From assembly GCA_904063045.1 (NCBI GenBank), contig CAJFCJ010000006.1:2656946-2720945 (forward strand): 64,000 nt of DNA, in the 5' to 3' direction. A program made the position numbers and the translations under genes. Positions 25,616-38,593 of the stretch are shown here, one piece after another; within the stretch, counting starts at the first letter, position 1, and every line of letters starts with the position of its first letter. The DNA is from Dimorphilus gyrociliatus. Its lineage: Eukaryota > Animalia > Annelida. The notes under the pieces are model-generated. The model made no database searches and had not been told where the DNA came from. It worked only from the letters and a program-made list of their open reading frames with translations.

Positions 25616-27104
25616 ATTATTTTCTTAGAAGAATTACCGGTGTAGAATACTTTTGATTGCTGTTCAAATCGAGATTAAAGATAAGAATTTGATAAAATTT
25701 TCCACTGATGGAGCTAAATCTAGTTTTAGGCCGTTCTATATTGATTTTCTATTTCGGTTTCACAGAATTGTAGTGTTTATTTCAGTGTAAAGTAACTTTG
25801 ATATAACCCATTCCGAATGTTCTATTGAACGCCTTTGTTGTATTGATTTATTTGCAAGGCCATAGTATTGATTTGTCAAAAAACGAGTTCCTAATAGATA
25901 CTGAACATACCTTTTAGTTTTTATTTACTGAAATTTGTAATGTTTCTAGACTGTCAGAAGAATGTGTATCATCCGAGAAAGGACAATGCCAGATTCAGGT
26001 AGTTAGTCACGTGATCAGCTATTCCCTAAGGTTATTTGGCTCTTTTTTCTATTACAACAGAACTACCCACACTTAATTGACAAGTTTTACAACCGAAAGG
26101 AGATCATATTGTATTCATCGACGGTGAGTATTTTTGACTGAAATATTTATATATTTGTCGATTATTGAATTTGACCAATTAATAAATGGATTGCAGGTGA
26201 ACAAAGGATTATTGAAAATAATAAAATAATGAATAGAGCCGTTCATTTAATAAATACCATCCAACCCTCCAAGTTAATTACTGCTAATATGAGAAATAAG
26301 GAATTAGGTTAGTACGTTAATCAATGTTATTACTATTATTTCGTTAGAAACAAACTTGGATTCTGATCTATAGTTTAATAGGGCGTGAAGCAGAAATTTT
26401 GCAGTTCCTTTCTATTATTAGGTTACTCTTTATTTTGTCTAAGTTCTAAAAAATAAAACATAAGAAGAAAGAATTCAAAATTACCTACTAATTAGTTTGA
26501 GAGTGTAACCATCTTCACAAATTTAAATTATTAATATATCATCTTAGCATAAATTTTTCCGCAAGGTGTCTAGACTAGGTGGCTAGACTATGCAGTCTAG
26601 ATTATGAATGAAAAAGAAAATTATTCATCGATTGCTCGCTATTGGTTGAAAATATATTGAATATTCATATCACAATCACATGTCAATCATGCCACCTTTT
26701 GAATATTCATATAGAAAAATAGTGCCGAACGATTATGTCATCTACCATAAATCCTGAATGAGTAATTAGATAAATTTTATTTTAAATTTCTTAAAGTAAT
26801 TCACTAAAATTATATACCTTCACCATTATTTAAAACATAGTTTGACATAAAGATTTAACTGTTTAAAAGAAAATTAATCAAGTGTATTGGTTGGAATATC
26901 ATGGAAGAAGTAATGCTCCATCTTCAGATAAACATCTTTCCAGGCTTAAAGGTGAATCAATTTTAGAACGAAATAGAGTTTCTAATGTGAATGTAAATCG
27001 GTCGGACATCGCGATTTTGGAATGAATGAGAGGAGAAAAGCGAGCGTCCGTATTACTAAAAAGGTATTTCTAATAATTTAGTCCCTGGCTAAGTTCGTGT
27101 TTTA

Positions 27105-27670
27105 CTATTTTAAGAAACATATTAGACTGGTATGGGGTCTGGAATTATCATGCAGTAAAATAATTTGTTTTCCGGCCCTTATCCTATGCAGTCTCCTCCT
27201 TAGCCTCTTTAGGGTCTCCACATACTGAATGGAGTTGACTGTTTCACCATAATCCATAAATTCAACATGGATTAATCCTGAACGGTTCCAGAAAACTGTA
27301 CACATCAGTTTTTCAGATGATTTAGTCATTTTTAGCTTTTTTTCAGGTGGCGATGATGAGTGTTTGTAGGTTAGGGAAGCCCTCTTTGATTCAGGATCAT
27401 AGAGATGAACCCAAGATTCATCTCCAGTTACTATTTTTTCTAAAAATGCTTCTTTTTCTGCTGTGTATCTATCAAGTAGTTCAATGCAATGGCTCACCCT
27501 TACCTCTTTTTGATCCTGATTAAGATATTAGGGGATCCATTTAGCACAAATTTTTCTGTACCCCAGCTCCTTAATCATCTTCCCAATAGCCTCTTGACCA
27601 ATATCTAATTTTTTGGCAACTAACTGTCCTGAATTGTTATTAACCCCCTCGTTCTTGGTTGTCAATTCCA
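27105..27670 (-). mobile_element. Degenerate Tc1/mariner (mariner-type) transposase fragment
   Basis: 'LGYRKICAKWIP', 'IVTGDESWVHLYDPE', 'KLMCTVFWNRSG', 'ILLHDNSRPHT'. There is a frameshift/stop between ORFs 27528-27749 and 27105-27497. The third catalytic Asp region (YSPDLAPSD) and the N-terminal HTH are absent. Confidence 0.9.
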
Positions 27671-27749
27671 AGGCGGTCATTACAGTCTCCTTTTCGATTA
27701 TAGGAGCTTTCATCATCACGACCTTTTTGGCGTAGCAACAGTGTGGCAT

Positions 27750-28130
27750 ATAATTTTTTGCTGTTTCTCAGAGGGTGGGGCTTCTCGCAGGAGTAGCATT
27801 TCAGATCTTTCTTCTCTGAGCAGCTTTCCCTTCTTCTTTCATGTTGACTCACCCTTTGTTGTTGTCTTACCGCTCTTCTTGGTCCACCACTTGGCACATC
27901 TACAAAATCGGTCTTATCCCTGAGCGATGGTTTTCATATCGCTCTTGATAACTCAATCATTCCAATCAAAAGGAATCGGTACACTTCGACTTAAGTTCCC
28001 TCTGTTCTTAGGAATCTTATTGCGCTTTTATAGCCTTCCTTTGGGGAATATCGAAATCTTTTCACCTCTTTTTTATGTTGTTACCCAATTGATCATACAA
28101 TAACTCGAACTTTTCTCATGTCTTGCCACG
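27750..28130 (-). mobile_element. Possible LTR-retrotransposon gag remnant abutting the mariner fragment
   Basis: Broken frames read 'EKFELLYDQLGNNIKRGEKISIFPKG' (resembles gag capsid) and the Arg-rich 'RRAVRQQQRVSQHERRRE...KCYSCEKPH' (resembles a zinc knuckle). GC content is higher than in the flanks. Confidence 0.4.
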
Positions 28131-28408
28131 TAGACCTATTGCTAAACATCTGCAAAGAAATATAAGATTATTGCCTCTGCGTTCAAATATCACGTGACTA
28201 TGAGAATACGGCAGTTTGCAATATGAAGTCTAGCTGATTTAATTGTATTTCATCGAAAGAAAATACTATACAGTAAATGATATCATTCGTTTAAGCAAAT
28301 AAAAATATAAAGAACTACGAAAAGGTATTTTTTTCATTAGAAAAACAAAGAAATCGAAGATAGAAAGAAAGAAACAAATTAAAGAAAAATTATCATTGTC
28401 CCAACTTT

Positions 28409-31400
28409 TTATTCCGATATACTCTCAAGATCATAGAGTACCTCCAAGATACATCCAACACTCCACGCCTGGGCCATACAACTATCGTAACAAACTGATC
28501 CGTTGTGATTAGTTAACTCCGGCAATGATTTCCAATCAGACTTTTGTAAACTATTAAAATGATTAGAGAGAACAGATCTAATGTAAGCAACAGTTTCGCT
28601 GACTATTTCTGGTCTTTTATTTTTTATCTTTTTGGCAAACAGTAGCTTCGCTCTCAAGAAATATCCAACTGGCCACAGCCATTCCTATGAATTTAATAAT
28701 AGAGAAGAAAATATATTCTACTAATATATACTAATATATAAATATTTACCGGGCCATTATGATAATTATAACCTCGTGTTTCGTCGCTATTCACATAATC
28801 TCCATTATAGTTCCAATCTTGAGGGTCTAGTGTTTTAATACCGAGAGGACCCATTAAAACACTTTCAACCTGTACTAATGCCTTCCAAGCATTTTCTGGT
28901 GTAAACATTTCGGGTGCCAATACCATTGCAACGCAAAAGTTTGGTCTTAATTGATAATCTGCCCAATCTCTCGTAGCTCCAACAGTATCCTTATAGATAT
29001 TCCTCCTATTTACCAAACGTGGATTGATTGTATCCGAATTTCTTAATTCAATTTCATTTTCTGGTATAAAAAAGTACTTTTCGAAATTGTCATCAATCAG
29101 TTTTGTCCATTCCTTAAACGTTATCTTCTTTTTTGCAGGTGTTACAACGCCGTCGTACGGATAAATGGAATTTTCATTCATTTTCGCAAGCCACGATATT
29201 ACGCTCCTCTGTAATCCAACCAATTCGACGGCACTACCATCACGTGGCGTAGCTGGACGTCCTTTATTACTAGGAGCGCTTCCATTCTTATCCATCCACG
29301 TACCGCAATTTGAGTCGTTTCCACCGTAGACAAAGCCAGTTTTAAAGTTAACTCCAAACTCAACGATAAATCCAGCATCAGACATATCGTTGTCTAAACT
29401 AGCTCCGGCGTTTCTTTCGCGAAATTTCATACCTTTTGCGTGTTTTGTTAGACATTCTTGAATAACATCTTCCAAGGTCATTTCCTACGAAAATTGATAC
29501 ATTCATTATTAAGATGACAATTAAAATAAAAGTTTGAATGCTTACGCAATGTCCTGCCTCTTGAGCCGAAGAATCATCATTTGGGAAAATCCTCGAAACT
29601 CTATCTTTTAACAGTTGTTTTCCATTTGGAACATTATTGCAGTATTCTTGTATACATTGTAACCAAAACCATACTGCGTCTCTAGCGTTATATCTCGCTC
29701 CAATTCCGCCTCCCAATAAATTTGGAATTAGACCGTGTCTTACTGTTCCAGCGTAGGAAAGAATGTGAAATCTGGCAATATCCTCCCTTCCGGTCATAAG
29801 ACAAAGTCCTCTCAATGCTATAAAGGTATCTCTACCCCAATTTCGCCAAATTCCAACTGAAAAATGAGGAAGGCCTGCGGCAAGAGAAGGGCAAGCTTGA
29901 ATTTTTACACCACCGTGATTAATTGTTTGCGGTCTAGGTGTATCACAATGCGGAGAGAGAGTAGGAAGGGGAGCGGATTTAATAAAGCTAATAAATTGTA
30001 GAGATCCCATTGATAGTAATCTCACAAATGATGATCCTTTACGAACAAATTCGCCCATTTTACACCAAGTAACCTCTTCAACTAGCATTACAATCCCAGT
30101 AATTATTGCATCAAAATAAGACGGTACTAAATATCTTGGAACCTTTTCTATAAATTCAAATATTCTTTTTAGCCATAAACCAAACGGTTTTGTCTCTTCG
30201 TGACGAATTAGACGACTACACGAATATTCCAATAGCCAATTACCCTCTCTTATATTATTACAGAGTGGATGACCTAAATCATTTTTAGGTCTTATTTCGT
30301 TTAATATTGATAATATACCTTGTAAACCGCAATATGGTAAAACTCCCCATCCAGGTATATTATAACCTCCCGATTCTGGACAATCATCTCTTTCCTCTCC
30401 GTCGCATCTATACAATGTTCTACTTAAATCATTTAATGTCATTTTTGTTACAATTCTCTCTAATTCTGTATTACTCATTTCGGCAAGATTTCTTCCACTG
30501 TAGGTATGCATTCTATAACCAAATTGTGACAAAAACTGCCTTAATTGGAAAATAGCAGTTTTCGGTTCGGCGTTTAGACTAACTTTAAACGCTATAACCG
30601 ATCCAGGAGGAAATTTTGTAAAATTTACTAATTCCTTATCGGATAATGAATTTATCTCTACCATACTACTATTCTTTGGACTAATCCCTTCCTGAATAAA
30701 GCATTTATATTCTTCTAATCCGTTTATAAAGTTTTCATCTTTTTTATACGATTTAGCACCTTCAATCTTATCTAATCTACCTTCGTATAATATCTGCTGA
30801 ATTTTTCCAGATATTTCCATTGATGGAGCTTTTGGATAATCATGTGGCGGCTGTTTAAAAGCAGTGTATGCCACTAATATTATAGATTCGTGGCTAGTAG
30901 AATTGTGGCGTGTAACCGAAACAACGTTGGCGTCTCTTTGATCAACGTAAATTTGATTAAAGCCATTCGATCCTAACATTTGATGAACTTTATTTAATAT
31001 CTTTTTCGCAGCCAATATACCATCCTTAGGACCAATTTTTCCAATAGTTGTCTTATCGCCCAACGATTGATAAATTCTTTTTTCCGTAACAACGTTTATA
31101 TGATGTGGTACCAATTCGTCATAACCTCTATTGCTTCCCGAAGCGCAAGAGGCCATTGATACCAATGCTGCATTCGGTAGAACATCCCAAACAGTTCTCT
31201 TTTCTATTGGGCTATTGTTATCATGAGTTTGATCCATAAGAATAGCGTGCGCAGTAGTTGGAACAAGAGGACGAGCTGGTAACTGAATAAACGCCCCAAC
31301 GGGCTCTCCTCCGAATCTATGCACAAGGCCACCTTCGGCTTGCGCATCACTGGCTTGTAATGCTTCTCTTATCAATGACGTTAAGCCTAATCGATTAATA

Positions 31401-33148
31401 AAAATATTATCTGTCCATTCGTTACTGGTAAATAGTTCAGCAATAACATATAAATCGGGTCTAACTTTTCTGGCCTCGTCTAGAATATATTCAGCTACGT
31501 GAATAGGAGTACTGTGGCAGTTATCTAATCTAACTCCGTGGAAAATGGAAGCCATGAGAACTGCATAATTTTTCATATGTTGCCACAAAAACGGGCAATC
31601 CGATGGTTTACTACCATATCTTAACTTAACACTATCCCCCCAAGGGATTAATTCTCTTCTCAAGTAAACATTGGACCCAGATTCGGCAAAATTTCTCAAA
31701 GGATCATCGCCCATTACCCAGCCATTGTGAGCCATACAAAATTGTCCTTTAGATGTAAACATCATTTTCTCCTCCTCTTCAATTGTCATATCTTCCTTGT
31801 TCAACCTGAAATAATTCCACATTAACGGATTATCTTCGTCGACTTGTTTGCATTTTGGTCCATTAGGATCTAAAAATCTCCAATTGATATTGGCCAAAAA
31901 ATTTCGAACAGCAGCATTTAAGTGATCCTGAATAGTATTTCTCATTTCGGCGTTTAAACTCTGCAGCTTATTACTTAAATCATTAGACGCCTTTTTTAAT
32001 TTATCCTGAAAATCTTCACCATTATACCTAAATGGATTATATGCATTTAACGCCTTCGATATATCAATCGATGCCCTTAATCTTCTATATTCTTTATCAA
32101 ATACCAAGCGTATTTCTCCTTCAGTTGATTGTCTTTGTTCTCTTGCCGCTTTTTCAAATTCGCTAACAACATTTTCAATATTCATGAGGTAGAACTCCTC
32201 TAATTTGTATTTTGGAAAAATTTCATCCCTTATTACTCTTTCAATTATTTGAATGTGTTGATAAGCTGTTGGAACTTTTGGAATCTGTCTCATTTCCCAT
32301 AATCCTTGTCCAACTTCTAATCCAAACTTCCAAAGAATTCTATCGAGAAGATAAGCAGGTCTTAAATGCGGTGAATTCACAACATTGTAAGCGCATTCCG
32401 GATGATCTTGTAGCCATTCACTTTCATTTGCGGTATGATTCAAAACTAAATCAACTAGAGATAAGCATTGCCATTCATTTTTCATTTTTTCAATAAATTT
32501 TTTCATCTCCTGTACTGAGACTTTTCCAAACTCGGGATTAAATTCTAATTGATTACGCAAGCAATAGGCTGAATTTGATGCACCTAAACTTTGAACAGGT
32601 GTAAAGTGGACCATATTGTAAGAACATTCTTTAGCGACCTTCAATCGTTTTTCCCAATCGGAAAATTTTCCCAAATTCTTGGACAAGTAAGTTTGACAGG
32701 TAATTGAATCCAGAGGAAGACGTTCATCAAATTCGCCAACCTTAAGTATTGGATCAACCAAAAAGTAGCCTGATCCATCTTGTCTAATTAAAAATTAATT
32801 ATATTAATTCAATATTTTTTATAATTGTATGAAATACTAACTTTGAATCAACTGTGAAATAATAATTAAACGAACCAGAAATTGTCATTAAAACTTCTGC
32901 ATAATCATCATAACCGTCTGATTTAGTACCGCTATAACTTTGCCATGTAAGTTCTCTAATTTAAAATGATAAGTTCATACTATTATTTATTTAATTAATT
33001 ATAAATAATTGCCTATAATTATTTCTATTTGGTGCTTCCTTTCCAGATAAAGGATGATTTGAAAAAATTCGAATTTTCTTTCCAGCTAATGTTGGACCAA
33101 GAACAAAATGAAGTAGCCATCCTGATAAAATCAATAATAAAGTGTTTA

Positions 33149-33182
<34 letters not shown>

Positions 33183-33444
33183 TATACATATACATATATT
33201 AAGTTTCCAGGCCCTAAAGGTCAAAAGTCGTTAAAAGTGATTTATTTTCCTACTCTATCCCAAACTTAAATTTTATAAACAATAAAATACGCCATCTAGC
33301 GGTAAAAATTAAAATTTATGAGTAGATTTTTTATTGCAACTCGCCTTTTTCCAGCCTGAATATAGTAGATTCTCCATTTTGGCCTTCGTTTAAGGTTAAT
33401 AAACGAACTTGCCGAAAAGTATCAGACGCCAGACTTGCTGTCAT
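28409..33444 (-). CDS. AGL: Glycogen debranching enzyme (4-alpha-glucanotransferase / amylo-1,6-glucosidase)
   Basis: 'RLDNCHSTP' (transferase nucleophile), 'AELFT', 'QTHDN', 'WGRDTFIALRG', 'GTWMDK', 'RPNFCVAM', 'QAWSVG'. Exon 1 33444-33345 reads MTASLASDTFRQVRLLTLNEGQNGESTIFRLEK(G). Confidence 0.97.
33152..33179. repeat. (TA)n microsatellite in AGL intron 1
   Basis: About 14 TA units. Confidence 0.95.
33290..33302 (-). promoter_or_regulatory. CTCF core-motif match (CCGCTAGATGGCG) in AGL intron 1
   Basis: The plus strand reads CGCCATCTAGCGG, matching the bilaterian CTCF core consensus in otherwise very AT-rich intron sequence. Confidence 0.6.
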
Positions 33445-33793
33445 CTTCTAACTGTTGATAACAATAAATTTCAATGTTTTGTAATGTAATATGTGTTTTA
33501 AACTAGCAAAATGGTTACAGTTCATGTTAAGGTGAAGGGTTAAATAACGGAAAATTATTTTAAATATACACTTGTTAAATATATGCCTAGTTGAATACGA
33601 ACTTTGTATTAACAATGCAAATAATACTGTTAATTTGTATTTCCAAATGTTTTCGCTAGTTGAATAAGTTGACCTTGTCTTGACATAATAATAAAGTTTT
33701 TTCGAATTTTTTCTTAGTGCTTTCTAATTTAATTCCAAGTTATTTAGATAATGCAAGGTTTAATCAGTAGAAATAATTGCGAAAAATACGCCG

Positions 33794-33803
33794 GTCACGT
33801 GAC
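33794..33803. promoter_or_regulatory. Palindromic E-box GTCACGTGAC in the AGL/PEX19 bidirectional promoter
   Basis: Perfect 10-bp USF/MiT-TFE (CLEAR-type) palindrome, 33 bp upstream of the PEX19 ATG. Confidence 0.5.
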
Positions 33804-33835
33804 AATTAGTGCAGACTAATGGTCAAGGTCGCGCA

Positions 33836-34857
33836 ATGGCGGACGATAAAAATGTGACTGAGACAAAATCGGAAAACACTGCTGAGAATAAGGAACCAAC
33901 ACTGCAGAAAGATGTTAAAAATGACGCAGATGATCTTGACAAACTACTAGATTCCGCCCTAGGCGATTTTGAAGAAACCGCTACAGAAGAAAAACCTAAA
34001 CAAGATGTCTCAGAAAATGACAAGCAGGATAAGCGACCTCTTGAACACTTCGATCCTAATGCATTCGCTTCATTTTTCGGGGGTGGAGATCAGAATGCTG
34101 ACTTCCAAGCTCAAATGCATGACGCCATGAATCAATTCTTAGGACCAGGTCAGTTAAAATGCGTAAAATCCAACCGGCTAATATCTTCAAATCAAACCGT
34201 CACACATTATGATCCCTGACGCTACTTTCTAAAAGTGTTCATAAATTTAGAAAGCTCACCTATAGGAAAAAACAAATGATTAATTATAATTATGTATATT
34301 TTGTAGATCACGCAAAAGAAATGTTTGCCGAGTTTGAAAAAATAGCAGAAAGTACTATGGGAAAAGAAGAAACCCCTGAAGGAATTCCTGAAGGCGACTT
34401 CAACGCAGCAATATCAGAAACCTTAAACAATTTAGAAGCCAATACCGCAGACCTTAAAAACTTGAACCTTTCCGAGGATGATGTTAAAGGATTATTGGGA
34501 AATTTTAACGATAGCGAAATGTTACAAAATATGATGAAAACATTATTATCTAAAGACCTATTGTATCCTTCTTTAACTGAATTAAGAGATAAATACCCAT
34601 CGTGGTTAGTAGAGAACGAATCAAAACTTTCCAAGGAGGATAAAGACAGATTTAAAAAGCAATCGGACATTGTAAAACAATTAGTTGAGATTTACGACGA
34701 AGAAAAAGAGTCAGATAGTGATGAAATGAAGAAGCAGAGATTCGAAAAATTAATGAATTTAATGCAAGATATGCAATCTTGTGGCCATCCTCCAAAAGAA
34801 ATAGTCGGAGATGTGGATCCTATTGACTTGAGCGCAAACCAGTGTTCAGTGATGTAA
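33836..34857 (+). CDS. PEX19: Peroxin 19, 2 exons
   Basis: PEX3-binding 'DDLDKLLDSALGDF', 'MMKTLLSKDLLYPSLTELRDKYPSWL', 'LMQDMQSCGHPPKEIVG', CaaX 'CSVM'. Confidence 0.95.
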
Positions 34858-35050
34858 AGTTTCGATGAACATTCTTAAATTTAAGCAAAAATTTCTTTTT
34901 TTTTCTATTTTCATTATACCCAAAATGAGGCATGAAGAATTTATAAATAATTTTTAAGATTTTAGTCTCAAATTAAAAAGAATTAAAAATTAATTTAAAA
35001 AATGTCAACAAACAAAAAAAACAACTTCCTTGAATTATACAACTAGTCTT

Positions 35051-36071
35051 CTAAACGAAATCTATATAATACAAGCTATTTATACTAGAAGCCGATTCAC
35101 TAGATGATATTTGTGAATGTTTAAAATCTCTAAATTCATAATCATCCCAAAAGAAACCATCGTTCGTTTGCGAGGTCCTTTCGCCGAAATTCTGACACCA
35201 TCGGTTTCTAACGGCTTTCCATAGGTTATACGAAAGTCTTAAGAATGCTAAGAAGCAAAGTCCGGTTGCAATTGATAGACATATTGTACTCTTAAGGGTC
35301 TTGTTTCCTAGATTAAAGTATAATATGACAATCATGATATTTTCTGCTAAAATAATAGAGTACATAAAGTTGTTCTGTGAGCATGTCCAGTAGTGAGAAC
35401 CCCATTGTACAAGGAATTTTCTAATCGACGTATCTTCCTCAGCGTTCCGTATACAAACGACTAGCAGAGCAACTAAACTATGTAGAAATAATAAAAGAAA
35501 TATCCAATAGTTAGTCAATTCGGAAAATAATCCTAAACTGATTATTCTAACTGTAAAATCGCAAAGATCCCACAGGACTCTTACAAGAGTCCAGGTATTT
35601 TCCAATTGATTTATAGTTGAAATGAGAATTAACAATATCGTAAAAGATATTAATCTGGCTACGTGATTGTCGTCTTTGAGAAAAAGATAAAAAACTACTA
35701 AAATACTTGGCCAGTTTAAAGCATTTAAATACAAGTAATTTATCTTATTAGGCTTCTTCTCAATTAAGTAGAGTATCCGATTTGAGAGCAAAATTGCAGC
35801 CAAAAGATGAACTCTTAATTTCTCTCTAGTTATCTGATTGATAATAAGTAAAATTTCTAGTAGAGTTTCAACTAAGAGAATCCAAGTGATGAACACTAAG
35901 AAGTATTCCATACGATTAAGGCTGTTCAAGTGTAGAAGAATGAGTACGTACACAACCTGTTCAGCTAAAAAGCTGCATATTTTTATAAAGCGAAGTACAT
36001 AATCTGCAAAACAACACACTCATACATATATTTCGAAGATAAACGCTCTTTTTACCTTTTTCTGAAGGCAT
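35051..36071 (-). CDS. Divergent XK-related (Xkr) family multipass membrane protein; short exon 1 (MPSEK) plus one large exon
   Basis: Multiple TM segments. 'LWDLCDFTVRIISLGLFSELTNYWIFLLLFLHSLV' and 'YSIILAENIMIVILYF' resemble XK-family signatures. Confidence 0.55.
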
Positions 36072-36267
36072 TTTGCTGCAAATCATGAATTTCGCTCGTT
36101 CGCAAATACTAAATCGAACAGTTTTGAATAAGAACACGTACGTTCGACAGCATTGTAAATAAAGTCGGAGTGAAAAGATCTTAATACTTTTTAAGTGCGT
36201 TATATTTAGCAACTACCGAAAGAGGGGAAGAATGTAATGAAAAAAAAAAAAGCGTTCTTTTCAACAC

Positions 36268-38160
36268 CTAGCTCGTTCTTAGCTGGTAGTCGCCATTCTG
36301 AGTTATGTAACGAACCCAAGGTAGTGCTTGATAGCCAGACTTTTCGATAATCTTCAAATAACGAACCTGTTTTTAATTGGTATGTATTAGTCGACATGTT
36401 TACAATAGATCAATTCTTATAAAGCCTGAATACATATTTAATATACTGATTTTTTTTTCTTTCAATTCCAATTAAAATAAAAAGCAACCCTTCTTATTAT
36501 TACAAACTATTTATTCTATTACCTTAATGTTAGTTTTATTTCTTGATAGACATACATGTTTTAACGTGATAATTTGAAATCTATAGAATTTTTTAATCTT
36601 CAATATCTTTTAGTATTGTAACCGTTATACTACGGAATTACGGTAGAGAAAAGACGAAATCATATTAACGCAAAAAAGGGTAATGCTTTTTTTTTTTTCT
36701 TTAGTTACACATGTCGTAATTGAATATGAATAATAACCTGTATTCCGCTAACTGTAAAATACGGAATTTCAAATCGCACTTGAATGGGTGGTCTGCCTTC
36801 TGTATCCTCCCCTTGAACACTAGGTAAACCAAAATGGGCCCTTAGTAAATATTCTTTTCCACCCGGAAAACTCTTTATTGTCCATATCATAGCATTCTGA
36901 TCCGGTGTATATTTACAACTACCAACAGTTGACTTAAATTTTGGAGAATCAGCATCCGGTGGAACCGGAATTACAATTTCAACATTATTGGCCGTTGACC
37001 TCCTCTTGAACTGACTCTTGGCTTTGATCATGTATTCCACTCGAGAATGCGAATGACGTTCAATAACGCTCTCCACCCAAATAAGGGGTTTAACGTGTGT
37101 ATTCAATCTGTATGACATTAATTCGAATTCTCCATCGGGAGGTATAAAAGAAATTGTTCGATCGTTTTCGAAACGCGATAATCTAACACACTGATGAAAT
37201 TTGACATCTTCTAACTCAACGCTTTTAGACTTTCCTCTACCAGTTGACTCGAACAAAACTTTATCATTTAAACCCAATCTCAACTCTGGCATTCCGCTGA
37301 GATATACCCTCATTTTTATTGCACCTACTATCTCGGATCGGAGTACATTTCCTTGTGCCGAAACTAGAAGATTGACTGATTCAATAACATCAAGAAAAAC
37401 TTCGTTTTTCCGATATTTTACTCCCTCAGAACGCCAAGAAACGGCATTGGTTACTGCCATTGGAGGTTTAGGAGCAACATCCAACTTATGGCCCTCCTGT
37501 GTAATATACTCTTGAAGAATTTTTGAATCAGTTGTTTGGGGAAAACCAAAATCCATTAGTTCATCTAGAAGTTCATAAATAATGACGAAATTATCTCTAA
37601 TTGACTCTTCTTCCAACTCTTTAAAATATTCACAGAACACTTGAACTACCTGAAATTCATTTAATTCATCTATATTATAAAGTGATTTATGTACATTAAT
37701 TACAACAAATTTTGTTTTTCAACAATTATACAGATTTTAATCATATTTGATTTAGGTGGCTATCAATTATCTAATCTAAGAGATTTAATCATTCGATTAT
37801 TGGGAATTTATTAACAACAACAATTTAATAACGATAAAAGAATGTTTCTATGTTATTCCAATTGAAATGTTGTATATCCTATAACATATGTTAACATCTT
37901 ACCTTGTGAAGGAAAGCAAACACTAGAGCAACATTTGCATTCTTCCTTGTAATTGATACAAGATACAAGTTGTTGTATTTGATATAGATGTATGTATTGT
38001 AGCCGTGTTGAATGATGGGTGATTGAGAACCCTCTTCCTCTCTCTCCATTAACAGCGGCATAAACTTATCGATACAAGACATATCCATATCCCCACGATA
38101 ATTTCGGCAGACTAGAACTTTTCCCTTAACGTCCAGGATGTATAAAGCAGAGCAAGACAT
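36268..38160 (-). CDS. AP1M1: AP-1 complex subunit mu, 3 exons
   Basis: 'MSCSALYILDVKGKVLVCRNYRGD', 'YRKNEVFLDVIE', 'DVKFHQCVRL', 'EIPYFTVSGIQ'. The last exon reads VRYLKIIEKSGYQALPWVRYITQNGDYQLRTS*. Confidence 0.97.
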
Positions 38161-38593
38161 GACTGAGGGATTCACCTTATTATCATTAATAAAAAAATGT
38201 ATCGTCAATTCAAAGCTTATTCGAGTCAATTTTTTTGTAATTAAATACAGAAAATACCTGTCTTCAAGTTATTTTACAAAAGTACGTATAAAATGATGTA
38301 GTTCTGTTCTATTTCACAAAAATTTGCTAGCAATTACAATCCGCCACATAAGACGGAACCGGAAATTAAAAATCGAAATAAGAAAAGATCGGTTTGTATT
38401 CCTTTATTTTCGGCGGGATTTTCAAATATCACCAATAATTATCTCTAAAACTGGGAAATCTATTTTCTCAATGTTGTATCGTTTTATCGATGATCAACCC
38501 TGGAGAAGAAATCGTTCATAAACTAATAGGCCTACAACATAAAATTTAAAAACTTTTCACTAATTTAAAAAAAGAAATTGTCTTGTTTCTAAC

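Noticed and set aside
26568-26602. Small TCTAGAC repeats and a TAGACT-atgc-AGTCTA hairpin
   Set aside because: Too short to distinguish from chance, and not shown to be a transposon end.
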